Part shown: positions 1 through 10,179 of the stretch, piece by piece
How positions within the stretch are numbered: the stretch's first letter is position 1
Layout of the letters: every line of letters starts with the position of its first letter
NCBI GenBank assembly: GCA_003605065.1
Contig: QZJM01000063.1
Coordinates: 12,485-76,484, forward strand
Reading direction: 5' to 3'
DNA: 64,000 bases
From: Dethiobacter sp.
Lineage (GTDB): Bacteria; Bacillota; Dethiobacteria; DTU022; UBA8154
Position numbers and translations under genes: made by a program
The notes under the pieces: model-generated
Databases searched by the model: none
What the model saw: only the letters and a program-made list of their open reading frames with translations
Told to the model about the DNA's origin: nothing

Positions 1-10
1 GCAGGGAATA

Positions 11-39
11 TTTACAGGATATGACTACTGTGATATAAT
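11..39 (+). promoter_or_regulatory. sigmaA-type promoter of radical SAM gene
   Basis: TTTACA-N17-TATAAT. Confidence 0.55.
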
Positions 40-143
40 TAGATTGAAAAAAAGTGTTGTAATTTTTTTCAAAAATAAAGGAGATGAAGCCTATGAAGAG
101 GATTACACCTTATTGCTAATAAATATTGAAGGGAGGGGAAAAG

Positions 144-1511
144 ATGGCTTTTGATTCTGTAAAAAAAGTAGCGGCTGAATTTGCTCTGGACAGGGCCATA
201 AATTATATTACAAAAGATCCAGAAAAAAATCTGTCTACACTCCTTGATTTTATCGAAAAAGTAGCCATAGCTCCCGACCACAAAGAGGCAGTAAAAAAGT
301 TGAAAGCTCACTTCAAAAATAATCCCCAAATCATGGCGCAGACCCGGCGCATTGCCAGTAACCCCAAAATGTTATACAACCTCTTTAATTCCTGGGTCAT
401 TGACGGGACTTTCCTGGGCAGGCCCAAACGGGAAAAACTCAGCAGGGAACTTGGCATAAATATTCCCGCTTTAATTTTGATAGATCCTACCTCTGCCTGT
501 AATTTGCGCTGCGAAGGCTGCTGGGCAGGGGAGTACAGTAAGACAGATCACCTCGAACCAGAGTTGTTCAGCCGGATTATCTCGGAAGCCAAGGAACTGG
601 GAATTCATTGGATTGTTCTTTCCGGGGGCGAGCCTTTCTGTTATCCTTACCTGCTGGATGTGGTAGCCGATCATCCTGAGTCTGTGTTTATGGTTTACAC
701 CAACGGTACACTAATTAATGAGAAAGTAGCCGATCGCCTGGCCGAACTGGCTAATTTATCCCCTGCTTTCAGCCTGGAAGGCTGGCGCGAGCATACTGAT
801 ACCCGCAGGGGCACAGGCACCTTTGACAAGGTTATAAATGCTATGGACCTTCTGAGGGAAAGAGGGGTTTTCTTCGGTGCTTCCGTAACATCCATGCGCA
901 ATAATATTTACGAACTTTTTAGCACTGAATTTATCGATTTTCTTGTAGAAAAAGGTGTAACCTATATGTGGTCTTTTCACTATATTCCTGTAGGGCGCGA
1001 CCCCAATGTAGAGCTGATGCTTATTCCTGAACAGCGGCTCTGGATGCTGGAAAGAGTCAGGGAACTGAGACGGACAAAACCTGTGTTTATCGCTGATTTC
1101 TGGAATGATGGGGAATATACCGGGGGATGTATTGCCGGCGGCAGGCAGTACTTCCACATTAATGCTGCCGGTGACGTGGAGCCCTGCGCCTTTGTCCATT
1201 TTGCCGTAGATACTATTAAGGATAAAAGCCTGAAAGAAGTCCTGGGGAACCCCCTGTTCAAAGCTTACCAGAGGGAGCACCCCTTTAATAAAAACCACCT
1301 GGCTCCCTGCCCCATCATAGATTCCCCGGGGGCTTTAAGGAAAATGGTCAGGGAATGCGGGGCGCATCCAACCCATAAGGGAGCGGAACAAGTCCTGGGG
1401 GGAGAAGTAGCTGAATACCTGGACGATAATTCGCAGCGCTGGCTGCAGCTGGCCGATGAATTTAAGGCGGGAACCGTAGAACTAGATGAAGAGGTTAGTG
1501 CCGGAAAATAG
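144..1511 (+). CDS. Radical SAM/SPASM-twitch domain protein
   Basis: CNLRCEGC motif, SGGEP, C-terminal GCIAGG...VEPCAF; ATG at 144 after GGAGG; ends TAG. Confidence 0.85.
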   Translation: MAFDSVKKVAAEFALDRAINYITKDPEKNLSTLLDFIEKVAIAPDHKEAVKKLKAHFKNNPQIMAQTRRIASNPKMLYNLFNSWVIDGTFLGRPKREKLSRELGINIPALILIDPTSACNLRCEGCWAGEYSKTDHLEPELFSRIISEAKELGIHWIVLSGGEPFCYPYLLDVVADHPESVFMVYTNGTLINEKVADRLAELANLSPAFSLEGWREHTDTRRGTGTFDKVINAMDLLRERGVFFGASVTSMRNNIYELFSTEFIDFLVEKGVTYMWSFHYIPVGRDPNVELMLIPEQRLWMLERVRELRRTKPVFIADFWNDGEYTGGCIAGGRQYFHINAAGDVEPCAFVHFAVDTIKDKSLKEVLGNPLFKAYQREHPFNKNHLAPCPIIDSPGALRKMVRECGAHPTHKGAEQVLGGEVAEYLDDNSQRWLQLADEFKAGTVELDEEVSAGK

Positions 1512-1592
1512 CAGGTAAAGTAATGATTCCCCGCCGAAGGGATGGCGGCTGCGGGAATTCCACTTTAAACATAATTTCGACATATAGAGAGC

Positions 1593-1636
1593 AACCCTTA
1601 CTTCTTTGCTTTTAGAAGAGGTAAGGGTTTTGTTTT
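1593..1636. terminator. Probable bidirectional intrinsic terminator
   Basis: AACCCTTAC-TTCT...AGAAGAGGTAAGGGTT hairpin with T-tract between convergent genes. Confidence 0.6.
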
Positions 1637-1689
1637 AAAGATATGATAAAAGTATCCGTTTAAAGCACTGTCTTTCCTTAATTTTTCTC

Positions 1690-2583
1690 TTAAGTGAAGC
1701 TGTCTTCGCTTTTCCCCTTTTTCTTATGAAGTTCAATGAACCTTTGTTTTACCTGTCTGCTTTCTTCTGCTAGCACGACACGGCGGGCGGAAACGTTAAC
1801 CTGCGTAAATTGAAATCCGGTAAGATTTTCCAGCCTTTCTTTAACCTGCTGTTGTATTTCCTGCAGGAGCTGTGGAATATTGAAGCCGTATATTAAAATA
1901 ACATCCAGGTTTATCACCATACCGTTTTTACTGGAGATAACGGCCGTTTTTTTAGCCCGGGCCACCCCTTTGATCTGTTCTGTAACATAAACAGCTATTT
2001 GTTCGATGACATTTTCGGAGAGAAAATAATTTCCCAGGGAGCTGTACAACGGCCGCACTATGGAATGTTCCATGGACCGGTAGGGCGTAGCTTTACTTTT
2101 ACGGAAAAAAGCCTTTAAGGGATCCAGAAAGTAACCGGGGAAATCTTTTTCTATGGCAAATGTGGGTATGGGAATAACATGCCTGTTTTCCTTTTCTCTT
2201 ATTTCCAGCGCCCGCGTAATTTCTTCGGAGGTAGATACGTCTTCGATACGTATTACTTTCTGGGGAGCAGGAATTTCCAGCCTTTTGGTAATATAATTCA
2301 CCATGCGTTCGGAAGTGCCAAGGATGAGAATGCTTTCCGGCTTAATTTCCCTGATTTTCTCCCGGACTTGTTCAGCGTGCTGCGGATCTATAAACACAGC
2401 TCTTTTTGTGGCTGCCATCTTTGTGTTTTCTCTTTTGGCCGAACGGCCGGCCAGTACCTGGCTGCCCCGTATGAGCAGCCCGTCATCGATAATATATTCT
2501 ATTCCTTCCTGGAAAGATACCTGCACACATTGGTGGCTTTTACCTGATCCGCTGATTCCGATTAAGGCATATACCTTCATCAC
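1690..2583 (-). CDS. P-loop domain plus Asp23/Gls24 envelope stress family protein
   Basis: N-terminal GISGSGKS Walker A; C-terminal Asp23-like segment (ENVIEQIA...YGFNIP...QVKERLENLTG). Confidence 0.75.
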   Translation of the reverse strand: MMKVYALIGISGSGKSHQCVQVSFQEGIEYIIDDGLLIRGSQVLAGRSAKRENTKMAATKRAVFIDPQHAEQVREKIREIKPESILILGTSERMVNYITKRLEIPAPQKVIRIEDVSTSEEITRALEIREKENRHVIPIPTFAIEKDFPGYFLDPLKAFFRKSKATPYRSMEHSIVRPLYSSLGNYFLSENVIEQIAVYVTEQIKGVARAKKTAVISSKNGMVINLDVILIYGFNIPQLLQEIQQQVKERLENLTGFQFTQVNVSARRVVLAEESRQVKQRFIELHKKKGKSEDSFT

Positions 2584-2861
2584 TTTCCCTCCCGATTATT
2601 AAAATGAGTATACCATACCTTTCCGGAGAAGTCGATAAGACAAAAAAACTCTTCAGTTAAGCAGGATTTACTGCTTTTCTTTGCGAATGTAATTGTACCT
2701 GGCTTAAGAATTACTGGGCTTTTTGTATTGAAAAAGACAGGTGATATTGATATACTGGATTACGTGGTAGAATACATACAGGCAGAACTTCAGATGCGCC
2801 TGAGGGATAATTCAGGCTACAGGGTAGAGATAAAAGCTCAAGAAAAATAGGAGGTGCTGTT

Positions 2862-4403
2862 ATGGAAGACAAATTAAATTTTTTGCAGCAGAGAAGGAAT
2901 ATTATCCTTCAGGGCGGCGGGACGGAGCGAATTGAAGACCAGCATAAAAAGGGAAAGCAAACGGCCAGGGAGAGACTGGAACAATTTTTGGATCCGGGCA
3001 GCTTTACTGAAGTAGGTACCTTTGTCCAGGGCGGCCTGGAGGATGCCAGTACCATGGATATCCCTCTGCCGGGAGAAGGCGTGGTGACCGGTTATGGGAC
3101 ATTAGATGGGCGCCTGGTATATGTTTTTGCCCAGGATTTTACCGTTTCAGGGGGTTCCCTGGGTGAAATGCATGCCGCTAAAATTTGTCGCGTAATGGAT
3201 TTAGCTGCCCAAAACGGTGCTCCCTTTATCGGCATTAATGACTCCGGAGGGGCCAGAATCCAGGAAGGCGTAATGTCCCTGGACGGTTACGGTAATATCT
3301 TTTTCCGAAACACAGTTAATTCCGGGGTGATCCCCCAGATTTCCGTTATTATGGGCCCCAGCGCCGGGGGGGCCGTTTATTCCCCTGCGCTGACTGATTT
3401 TGTTTTCATGGTGGACAATACCAGCTATATGTTTATAACCGGGCCCCAGGTCATCAAGGCGGTAACCGGTGAAGAGGTTTCCCCCGGTAAGCTCGGTGGT
3501 GCCGCCACCCATAACGAGATAAGCGGGGTGGCTCATTTCCGGGCCAGGGACGAGCAGGAATGTTTTATGCTGCTTAAAAAACTTTTAAGTTACCTGCCTT
3601 CCAACAACTTAAACAATGCTCCTGTTGTTCCAACCGCGGAACCAACCCTGCCGGCGGAGGACCTGGTAAACCTGGTGCCTGCCGACCCCAACAGGGGCTA
3701 TGACGTGGTGGATGTTATCAAAAGGGTTGTTGATGGAAGCGAGTTTTTCCAGGTCCACGAGCATTTTGCCAAAAACGCCGTGGTAGGTTTTGCCAGGATT
3801 GCCGGCCAGTCGGTGGGGATCATCGCCAACCAGCCCAAGTTCCTGGCGGGATGCCTGGATATCAACAGTTCCGATAAGATTTCCCGCTTCGTCAGGTTCT
3901 GCGATTGCTTTAATATTCCCATGGTAACTTTTGTGGATGTTCCGGGTTATCTTCCCGGCGTGCACCAGGAATACGGGGGTATTATCCGCCATGGGGCCAA
4001 AATACTCTATGCTTACTCCGAGGCTACTGTTCCGCAGGTAAGCGTTATTTTACGCAAGGCTTACGGGGGCGCCTATATCGCCATGAACGCCCGCAGCCTG
4101 GGGGCGGACTATGCCTTTGCCTGGCCCACGGCGGAGATAGCCGTGATGGGACCGGAAGGGGCCATCAATATCATTAACCGCAGGGAAATAGAAAAGGCTG
4201 AGAACCCCGAAGGAGAAAGAAAAAACAAGGTAAATGAATACCGGCAAAAATTTGCCAACCCGTATATTGCCGCCGCCCGTGGCTGGATAGATGATGTCAT
4301 CGATCCCGGGGATACCCGCCGCCATCTCATCAGGGCCCTTGATTCGCTTAAAGATAAATTTGAGGACCGGCCCCGTAAAAAACATGGCAATTTCCCGGTT
4401 TAA
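2862..4403 (+). CDS. Acyl-CoA carboxyltransferase subunit (methylmalonyl-CoA decarboxylase alpha / propionyl-CoA carboxylase beta)
   Basis: DSGGARIQEG, DVPGYLPG, RKAYGGAY, KKHGNFPV motifs. Confidence 0.9.
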   Translation: MEDKLNFLQQRRNIILQGGGTERIEDQHKKGKQTARERLEQFLDPGSFTEVGTFVQGGLEDASTMDIPLPGEGVVTGYGTLDGRLVYVFAQDFTVSGGSLGEMHAAKICRVMDLAAQNGAPFIGINDSGGARIQEGVMSLDGYGNIFFRNTVNSGVIPQISVIMGPSAGGAVYSPALTDFVFMVDNTSYMFITGPQVIKAVTGEEVSPGKLGGAATHNEISGVAHFRARDEQECFMLLKKLLSYLPSNNLNNAPVVPTAEPTLPAEDLVNLVPADPNRGYDVVDVIKRVVDGSEFFQVHEHFAKNAVVGFARIAGQSVGIIANQPKFLAGCLDINSSDKISRFVRFCDCFNIPMVTFVDVPGYLPGVHQEYGGIIRHGAKILYAYSEATVPQVSVILRKAYGGAYIAMNARSLGADYAFAWPTAEIAVMGPEGAINIINRREIEKAENPEGERKNKVNEYRQKFANPYIAAARGWIDDVIDPGDTRRHLIRALDSLKDKFEDRPRKKHGNFPV

Positions 4404-4474
4404 ACTACCCTCGCTCCTTTTATATTGACTTTTTAACAACCTGGTGTTAAGATTTTTAAAAAACAACTGCATAA

Positions 4475-4768
4475 TAGCTGAAGAAGGGGAGAGTAGGGGC
4501 AGGAAAAGCCTAAGTGAGCCGGGGCTAGTGCGAACCCGGTGCCGGAACTGCTCTGAAGCGCACCCCGGAGGCGAAAGCTGAAGCCTGGAGGCAGGACCGT
4601 TTCCTTAACAAGCGGGCTTCCCGGTGTGTAGGCTTTTCCGGGTAAAATCCGTTAACGTTATGCTGCTTAGAGTTCCTGCAGCAGCCTTGAGGAGGGCCCA
4701 AAAGGGCCAATAAAGGTGGTACCGCGAGAATGCCTCTCGTCCTTTTGGAAGAGAGGCTCTCTTTATTT
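4475..4768 (+). promoter_or_regulatory. T-box riboswitch, arginine specifier, with terminator
   Basis: T-box AAGGTGGTACCGCG at 4713-4726; stem I AGTGAG/GTG motifs; specifier CGC (Arg) at 4559-4561; GCCTCTC...GAGAGGC terminator; precedes arg operon. Confidence 0.9.
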
Positions 4769-4783
4769 AAGGGGGTATTTTTG

Positions 4784-5821
4784 ATGCGCGTGGGGATAAT
4801 CGGTGTTACAGGTTATACGGGAAGCGAGCTTTTAAGACTTGTTTTTGCTCATAAGGGTGTAGAGCTTACCTATGTTACCTCCCATTCCTTTACGGGAAAA
4901 CCCCTGCCCGAAGTGCATCCGCACTACCTGGGCATCCTGGAACCGGTATGCCGCCCTTTTTCTGTAGATGAGGCCGTGGAGAAGGCAGACCTGGTTTTTT
5001 CCGCCCTGCCGCACGGGGAGTCCATGGAAGCGGTCTCTCTGTTACGCGAGGCGGGCTTAAAGGTTATAGATTTAAGTGCCGATTTCCGCCTGGCAGATGC
5101 AAATCTCTACCTGGAGTGGTATAAAAAAGAGCATAGTGCACCCCGGCTTTTGGCGCAGGCCGTATACGGCTTGCCGGAACTTTACAGGGAGCAGATAAAG
5201 AAGGCCTCCCTGGTGGCTAACCCGGGCTGCTACCCCACTTCGGTTATTCTGGCCCTGGCCCCGCTGGCGGCCAGAGGCGTGGTGGACTGGGATACGCTGG
5301 TAGTGGACGCCAAGTCAGGGACTTCCGGGGCCGGGCGGGTGCCTTCACAGGTCCTGCATTTTCCTGAATGTGCGGAAAATTTTCGGGCTTACCGGGTTGC
5401 CCAGCACCAGCATACCCCGGAGATGGAGCAGGAGTTGAGCAAACTGGGGGGCCGGAAGGTGAGTTTTACCTTTGTGCCCCATTTGCTTCCCATGATCAGG
5501 GGTATTCTCAGCACCATTTACACGGGTTTGACAGTCCCCATCACGGAGGAAGAAATCCTGGATATGTACCGGGACTTTTACAGGGAAGAAAAATTTGTCA
5601 GGCTGCTGCCTCCACCTTTATTGGTGGAGACAAGAAACGTTTACGCCAGCAACTATTGTGATCTCTCTATCAGGTGGGACTCCCGCAACAACAGGTTAAT
5701 TATTCTTTCGGCCCTGGATAACCTGGTTAAAGGCGCTGCCGGGCAGGCTGTACAGAATATGAATCTTATGCTGGGCTTCAAGGAGGAAAAGGGACTGGAA
5801 ATGGTTCCCTTAAGGCCCTGA
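4784..5821 (+). CDS. argC: N-acetyl-gamma-glutamyl-phosphate reductase
   Basis: GVTGYTG, ANPGCYPT, DNLVKGAAGQAVQN; ATG at 4784. Confidence 0.95.
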   Translation: MRVGIIGVTGYTGSELLRLVFAHKGVELTYVTSHSFTGKPLPEVHPHYLGILEPVCRPFSVDEAVEKADLVFSALPHGESMEAVSLLREAGLKVIDLSADFRLADANLYLEWYKKEHSAPRLLAQAVYGLPELYREQIKKASLVANPGCYPTSVILALAPLAARGVVDWDTLVVDAKSGTSGAGRVPSQVLHFPECAENFRAYRVAQHQHTPEMEQELSKLGGRKVSFTFVPHLLPMIRGILSTIYTGLTVPITEEEILDMYRDFYREEKFVRLLPPPLLVETRNVYASNYCDLSIRWDSRNNRLIILSALDNLVKGAAGQAVQNMNLMLGFKEEKGLEMVPLRP

Positions 5822-5843
5822 AGTTTCCTGGAGGTAGGTAAAA

Positions 5844-7061
5844 ATGAGCGCAAATAACATAAAGATTATTGAAGGAGGCATTACCGCCGTCCCCGGGATT
5901 GAGGCTGCGGGGGTACACTGCGGAATTAAGAAAAACGGAGAGAAAGATCTGGCCCTGATCTACAGCAGGGAACCGGCTGTTGCTGCGGGGGTGTTTACCA
6001 CGAACAAGTTCAAGGCGCCTCCATTACTGGTAACGGAGAAACACATCGGCAACCCTATCCGGGCCATTATTATTAACAGCGGTGTCGCCAATGCCTGTAC
6101 CGGTGACCAGGGCCTCCGGGATGCCCTGAACACGGCGGAATTTGCCGCCGGGAAACTGGGGCTTAAAAAGGAAGATGTTCTGGTGGCTTCAACCGGGGTA
6201 GTTGGTGCTTACCTGCCCATGAAGGAACTCTCCCTCGGTATTGAAGAAGCTGTAGGGAAGCTTTCCCCCGGGGGCGGGAAAGAGGCGGCCCTGGCGATTA
6301 TGACCACTGATACCGTCAGTAAAGAAAGCGCCTGCCGGGTGGAGGTTGAAGGGGACAACATTTCCTTTACTATTGCCGGGATGGCCAAAGGCTCCGGCAT
6401 GATTTGCCCTGACATGGCTACGATGCTTGCTTTTATCGCTACTGATGTAAAAATCAGCAGGGAAACTCTGCAGAAAGCCCTGGTAAAGGCTGTAGCGCAT
6501 TCTTTTAACATGGTAACGGTGGATGGGGATACCTCCACCAACGATATGGTCATCCTTCTTTCCAACGGAGCAGCTGAAGTGGAAGTAACAGAAGATGGTC
6601 CCCTGTGGGAAACTTTTAATAAGGCCTTACTTCACATTTGCCGGGACCTGGCTTACAAAGTCGTGGCTGATGGTGAAGGGGCCACCAAAGTAATTAAACT
6701 TACGGTTAAGGGCGCTCCTGATTACAGAACGGGGCGAAAGCTGGCCCGGGCCATTTTGAACTCCTCCCTGGTAAAAACAGCTTTTTTTGGGGAGGACGCC
6801 AACTGGGGACGTATCATCACGGCCATGGGCTATACAGATGTTGATTTTTATCCGGAACGGGTGGATATTTTCCTCGGCCGGGTGCAGGTAACTGCTTCCG
6901 GTAAAGGACTGCTTTTTGACGAGTACCAGGCCAAAGAGGTTTTAAGGCAGGGTGAGATCCCCGTGGTGGTTAACCTGCATATGGGACCGGAAGAGGTAAC
7001 GGCCTGGGGGTGTGATCTCAGCTACGAGTATATAAAAATAAACAGCGCTTACAGGAGTTGA
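5844..7061 (+). CDS. argJ: Glutamate N-acetyltransferase / ornithine acetyltransferase
   Basis: IMTTDT, AKGSGMICPDMATML, DGDTSTND, DGEGATK. Confidence 0.95.
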   Translation: MSANNIKIIEGGITAVPGIEAAGVHCGIKKNGEKDLALIYSREPAVAAGVFTTNKFKAPPLLVTEKHIGNPIRAIIINSGVANACTGDQGLRDALNTAEFAAGKLGLKKEDVLVASTGVVGAYLPMKELSLGIEEAVGKLSPGGGKEAALAIMTTDTVSKESACRVEVEGDNISFTIAGMAKGSGMICPDMATMLAFIATDVKISRETLQKALVKAVAHSFNMVTVDGDTSTNDMVILLSNGAAEVEVTEDGPLWETFNKALLHICRDLAYKVVADGEGATKVIKLTVKGAPDYRTGRKLARAILNSSLVKTAFFGEDANWGRIITAMGYTDVDFYPERVDIFLGRVQVTASGKGLLFDEYQAKEVLRQGEIPVVVNLHMGPEEVTAWGCDLSYEYIKINSAYRS

Positions 7062-7068
7062 AAGGAGG

Positions 7069-7974
7069 TTGCCGCTTATGGAAAAATCTATGGAGGCGCT
7101 CATTGCCAAGGCCGGGGTTTTAATCGAGGCGCTGCCTTATATCCGCAACTTTACCGGCAAAACTTTTGTGATCAAGTATGGCGGGCAGGCCATGATCAGC
7201 GATGAGCTTAAAAATTCGGTGGCCCAGGATATAGTTTTACTAAAATTTATCGGCATTAATCCTATTGTTGTGCACGGCGGGGGCAAGGAAATAACGGCAC
7301 TCATGGAGAAGACGGGAAAAAAGGCCCGCTTTGTCAGCGGATTGAGGGTCACCGATAAAGAGACCATGGAAGTGGTGGAAATGGTGCTGGTGGGAAAAGT
7401 GAACAAGGAGATCGTCACTCTGCTTAACCGGCACGGGGGTAAAGCGGTCGGGCTGAGCGGCAAGGACAGCAATCTTCTTGTCTGCCGGAAAAGATCTCCG
7501 TTGCAGGTAGTTGTGGAGGGGAAGGAACAATATGTGGACCTGGGCTATGTGGGGGATGTGGTCGTGGTGAGCCCCGAGGTAATACATACTCTCAGCCGGA
7601 ACGGTTATATACCGGTAATATCCTCCATCGGCGTCAGCCCGGAGGGAGAAGGGCTGAATATAAATGCCGATCACGTGGCGGGTGAACTTGCCGCCGCCCT
7701 GGGGGCGGAAAAATTAATTATTCTGACCGATGTGGAAGGCATTTTTGCAGAACCGGGAGATCCAGGCACGCTGATCTCTTCCCTCCAGCGCCAGAAAGTC
7801 CGGGAGATGATTATTTCCGGGGAAATATCTGCCGGGATGATTCCCAAGGTGGAGGCCTGTGTCAGGGCCCTGAACAATAATGTATCCCGAACCCATATTA
7901 TCGATGGCCGTCTTAACCATTCCATGCTCCTGGAGATTTTTACGGACAAAGGCATCGGCACAATGGTGATATAA
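7069..7974 (+). CDS. argB: Acetylglutamate kinase
   Basis: VIKYGG, VHGGG, NINAD, GMIPK. Confidence 0.95.
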   Translation: MPLMEKSMEALIAKAGVLIEALPYIRNFTGKTFVIKYGGQAMISDELKNSVAQDIVLLKFIGINPIVVHGGGKEITALMEKTGKKARFVSGLRVTDKETMEVVEMVLVGKVNKEIVTLLNRHGGKAVGLSGKDSNLLVCRKRSPLQVVVEGKEQYVDLGYVGDVVVVSPEVIHTLSRNGYIPVISSIGVSPEGEGLNINADHVAGELAAALGAEKLIILTDVEGIFAEPGDPGTLISSLQRQKVREMIISGEISAGMIPKVEACVRALNNNVSRTHIIDGRLNHSMLLEIFTDKGIGTMVI

Positions 7975-8033
7975 GTAGGAAAATAGCCGGATAGCTTCCG
8001 CTGCTTTAGGCAAGTTTAAAGGGGTGGGGAAAA

Positions 8034-9236
8034 ATGTTAAAGGACGAGGAGAAGCATTTTATAATCAACACCTATAACCGCCAGCCGGACTTCACTCTGC
8101 TTATTACCAGGGGGAAGGGGACGCTGGTCTGGGATGAAAACGGAAAAGCATACCTGGATTTTGTAGGGGGGCTGGCTGTAAATGCTCTCGGCCATGCCTG
8201 CCCTCCGGTCATAAACGCTGCCTGGGAGCAGATGAACAAAGTTATTCATACCTCCAATTTATATTACAGCGAACCCCAGGTTAAGTTGGCCAAATGCCTG
8301 GTAGAAAATTCTGCGGCAGACAGGGTCTTTTTCTGCAACAGCGGGGCCGAGGCCAACGAGGCAGCGATTAAACTGGCCCGCAAGTTCAGCAAACTGCATC
8401 TTGGCGCCGCCAAAATTGAAATTATAACGGCGCTGAATTCTTTTCACGGTCGCACCCTGGCCACCATTACGGCCACGGGGCAGGAGAAATTTCAAAAAGG
8501 TTTTGAACCTCTTGTTCCCGGTTTCCGTTACGCCCGGTTTAACGATCTGGATTCTTTCCAGTCCCAGCTTAATGATTCCACCTGTGCGATCATGGTTGAG
8601 CCCGTGCAGGGGGAAGGGGGAGTCCATGTTGCTGCAGCGGATTTCCTGGTGGGGCTGCGGCGTTTATGTGACGAAAACCGGCTTTTGCTTATTTTTGATG
8701 AGGTGCAGTGCGGTACGGGACGTACCGGTAAGCTCTTTGCTTATGAGCACGATGCCGTTTTGCCGGATATTATTACCCTGGCCAAAGCGCTGGGAGGGGG
8801 CTTCCCCATCGGGGCGATGCTCTGCCGTGAAAAAGTGGCTTCAGGCTTTTCACCCGGTGACCACGCTTCCACTTTTGGGGGCAACCCTGTCGCCTGTGCG
8901 GCAGCTTTCGCTGTAATGCAGGAAATCTTACAGGAGGGTTTTTTGGATGATGTTACTGATAAAGGTATTTATTTTCAGGAGAAGCTACGGCTCCTTAACA
9001 GAAAATTTCCCGGTGTTATCATAGAGATTCGGGGAAAAGGCCTGATGATCGGGGTGGAGCTGAAGGAAAAAGGCCAGGCAGTACAGCGTCTATGCCAGCA
9101 AAAAGGCCTGCTTGTTAACTGCATCGGGGACAGGATTTTGCGTTTTCTTCCCCCCTTGAACGTAAGCCGGGAAGAACTGGATTTGGCCCTGGAAGTGTTA
9201 CAAAATACATTTACGGAGGTGTTTGGCGGTGAATAG
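8034..9236 (+). CDS. argD: Acetylornithine aminotransferase
   Basis: NSGAEANE, FHGRT, DEVQCG, AKALGGG, HASTFGGNP. Confidence 0.95.
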   Translation: MLKDEEKHFIINTYNRQPDFTLLITRGKGTLVWDENGKAYLDFVGGLAVNALGHACPPVINAAWEQMNKVIHTSNLYYSEPQVKLAKCLVENSAADRVFFCNSGAEANEAAIKLARKFSKLHLGAAKIEIITALNSFHGRTLATITATGQEKFQKGFEPLVPGFRYARFNDLDSFQSQLNDSTCAIMVEPVQGEGGVHVAAADFLVGLRRLCDENRLLLIFDEVQCGTGRTGKLFAYEHDAVLPDIITLAKALGGGFPIGAMLCREKVASGFSPGDHASTFGGNPVACAAAFAVMQEILQEGFLDDVTDKGIYFQEKLRLLNRKFPGVIIEIRGKGLMIGVELKEKGQAVQRLCQQKGLLVNCIGDRILRFLPPLNVSREELDLALEVLQNTFTEVFGGE

Positions 9237-10161
9237 TCTGCGCGGCAGGCATTTTTTATCCCTGCAGGATTTTACCCCGACGGAAATCGCGGCTCTGCTG
9301 CATTTTGCCGGGGAACTTAAACAGCGGCAGAAAAAAGGCGAATCCCATCCTCTGCTGGCCGGTAAAACGCTGGGCATGATTTTCCAGAAACCTTCTACCA
9401 GGACCAGAGTGTCTTTTGAAGTGGGTATGTGGCAGTTGGGAGGGTATGCTCTCTTTTTGAGCAGCCAGGAACTGCAGATGGGCAGGGGGGAACCCATCAA
9501 AGACACTGCTGCCGTTCTCTCACGCTATGTAGACGGAATCATGATCCGCACCTTTAACCATAGTGAGGTGGAGGAACTGGCTTTCTATGCCTCTGTTCCC
9601 GTCATAAACGGCCTCACGGACCTGCTGCATCCCTGCCAGGCCCTCGCCGATTTGCTTACTGTGGAAGAAAGGCTGGGGAAGCTGGCGGGACTGAAACTTG
9701 CCTATACCGGCGATGGGAATAACGTGGCACATTCATTGCTGCTGGGTTGTTCCAAAATGGGCATGAACATTGCTGTAGCCGGACCCCGGCCATACTGGCC
9801 CCTCCCGGAAATAACAGCAAAGGCCAGGGAAAATGCCGCAGCAAGCGGGGGCAGCGTGCTCATTACGGAAGACCCCCTGGAAGCCGTGAAAGAGGCCGAT
9901 GTGATTTATACAGATGTGTGGGCCAGCATGGGAAAGGAAGCAGAAAAAATGGAGCGAAAGAAAATTTTTGCTCCCTACCAAGTCAACGATAACCTGGTCA
10001 AAGCGGCCCGGCCCGGGGCACTGGTCATGCACTGCCTGCCCGCTTACAGGGGTGAAGAGATAACTACCGAGGTTCTGGAAGGAGAGCAGTCTGTAGTCCC
10101 GGAGCAGGCCGAAAACCGCCTCCATGCCCAGAAATCCCTGATGGCCCTGCTGATGGGATGA
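9223..10161 (+). CDS. argF: Ornithine carbamoyltransferase
   Basis: STRTRVSFE, HPCQ, DVWASMG, HCLP; start may be GTG at 9229. Confidence 0.95.
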   Translation: MAVNSLRGRHFLSLQDFTPTEIAALLHFAGELKQRQKKGESHPLLAGKTLGMIFQKPSTRTRVSFEVGMWQLGGYALFLSSQELQMGRGEPIKDTAAVLSRYVDGIMIRTFNHSEVEELAFYASVPVINGLTDLLHPCQALADLLTVEERLGKLAGLKLAYTGDGNNVAHSLLLGCSKMGMNIAVAGPRPYWPLPEITAKARENAAASGGSVLITEDPLEAVKEADVIYTDVWASMGKEAEKMERKKIFAPYQVNDNLVKAARPGALVMHCLPAYRGEEITTEVLEGEQSVVPEQAENRLHAQKSLMALLMG

Positions 10162-10179
10162 GTAAAAATTAAGGAAAGG

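Noticed and set aside
4730-4783. Upstream ATG for argC
   Set aside because: Lies within the T-box terminator; ATG 4784 fits the family start.
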